Shown here piece after piece: positions 43,763 to 44,201 of a stretch of DNA of 44,201 nt (the first letter of the stretch is position 1; every line of letters begins with the position of its first letter). A program made the translations under genes and the position numbers. Below the pieces are notes generated by a model. It was not told where the DNA came from and did not search any database. It saw nothing but the letters and a program-made list of their open reading frames with translations. Source of the DNA: Salisapilia sapeloensis CBS 127946 (lineage: Eukaryota > Protista > Oomycota); assembly GCA_023334545.1 (NCBI GenBank), contig JAADVB010000160.1, positions 1 to 44,201 on the forward strand, given 5' to 3'.

Positions 43763-44201
43763 ACCACTGGTAAAGCCGTGGCATCAAGTCGAAACAGATA
43801 AATTTATCGAAATCTACATTGCTTCATGATGAGAGGCATGACAACCGACATCTTAAATAAAGTTAAAGGGAATGCACGAGAAACCCCGACGGATTTAGTC
43901 TATTTTAATTAGTCGATAAAGTATAGTAAACTTTATGCACTACTTTTATTCATATGTTATTTCTGTCTTGAAGGGGTTTCTGTAAAAAATATCTAGCTCC
44001 TACCCCATCAAGTTGGTATCTCGACCGTTTCTCGCATGTATACATCGTATCAATAACTGATATCGAACGAGCGCAGTTGAAGGTGCTGAGCTATAATCTT
44101 TCAAACCTTTTTCTCGTAGAATTGTCTTTGATGTGTCGATCTTTTCTCGTCTACTGTCATGATGGACTTTTGACGACAAATTCATCACCAAGGGTCTGCG
44201 A
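43763..44201 (-). repeat. Right copy of the terminal inverted repeat
   Basis: Reverse complement of 1-438. The last 141 bases (44061-44201) are an exact reverse complement of 1-141. Confidence 0.97.

Noticed and set aside
1-44201. Interpretation as a giant virus, Polinton/Maverick, linear plasmid or Starship-like element
   Set aside because: No capsid, packaging ATPase, protein-primed polymerase, integrase or tyrosine recombinase is present. The content is intron-containing cellular housekeeping genes.

Overview
This is 44.2 kb of eukaryotic nuclear DNA, almost certainly from an oomycete or close stramenopile relative. The evidence is an oomycete-type FBT transporter, START-FYVE and COPI-associated proteins, an exact INR+FPR core-promoter match and an oomycete-like rpS3. 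I can reconstruct 22 protein-coding genes, with 24 hand-inferred introns that all restore full reading frames, plus one atypical tRNA-Ile(UAU). Twenty-one of the genes are packed into 7.5-43.5 kb. They are mostly housekeeping genes: PPR, kinesin, DnaJ, Rad21, EF-hand, GCH1, REV1, Myb, rpS3, DTW, La-domain, START-FYVE, CtIP/Sae2, SLC25A51-like, COPI-associated, C2-DEP-AGC kinase, GH5, EDR2-like, M16 peptidase, PDZ and cereblon. The most striking feature is that both ends carry the same ~440-bp element in inverted orientation. The copies are identical for exactly 141 bp, ~98% identical to ~370 bp, and then decay. The 141-bp perfect part matches the k=141 overlap of a MEGAHIT contig end, so the exact symmetry is probably an assembly boundary. 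The diverged inner ~300 bp shows the inverted repeat itself is real and continues outside the window. No transposase, recombinase, viral gene or telomere repeat is visible, so the unit could be a minichromosome with subtelomeric repeats, an invertible segment, or two dispersed repeat copies. Other notable signals are uniform 50-64 nt GTA...TAG introns, a clustered CArG-like motif, strand-skewed promoters and a gene-sparse left arm with a possible hAT relic. All gene models and family calls were made by eye without database searches.
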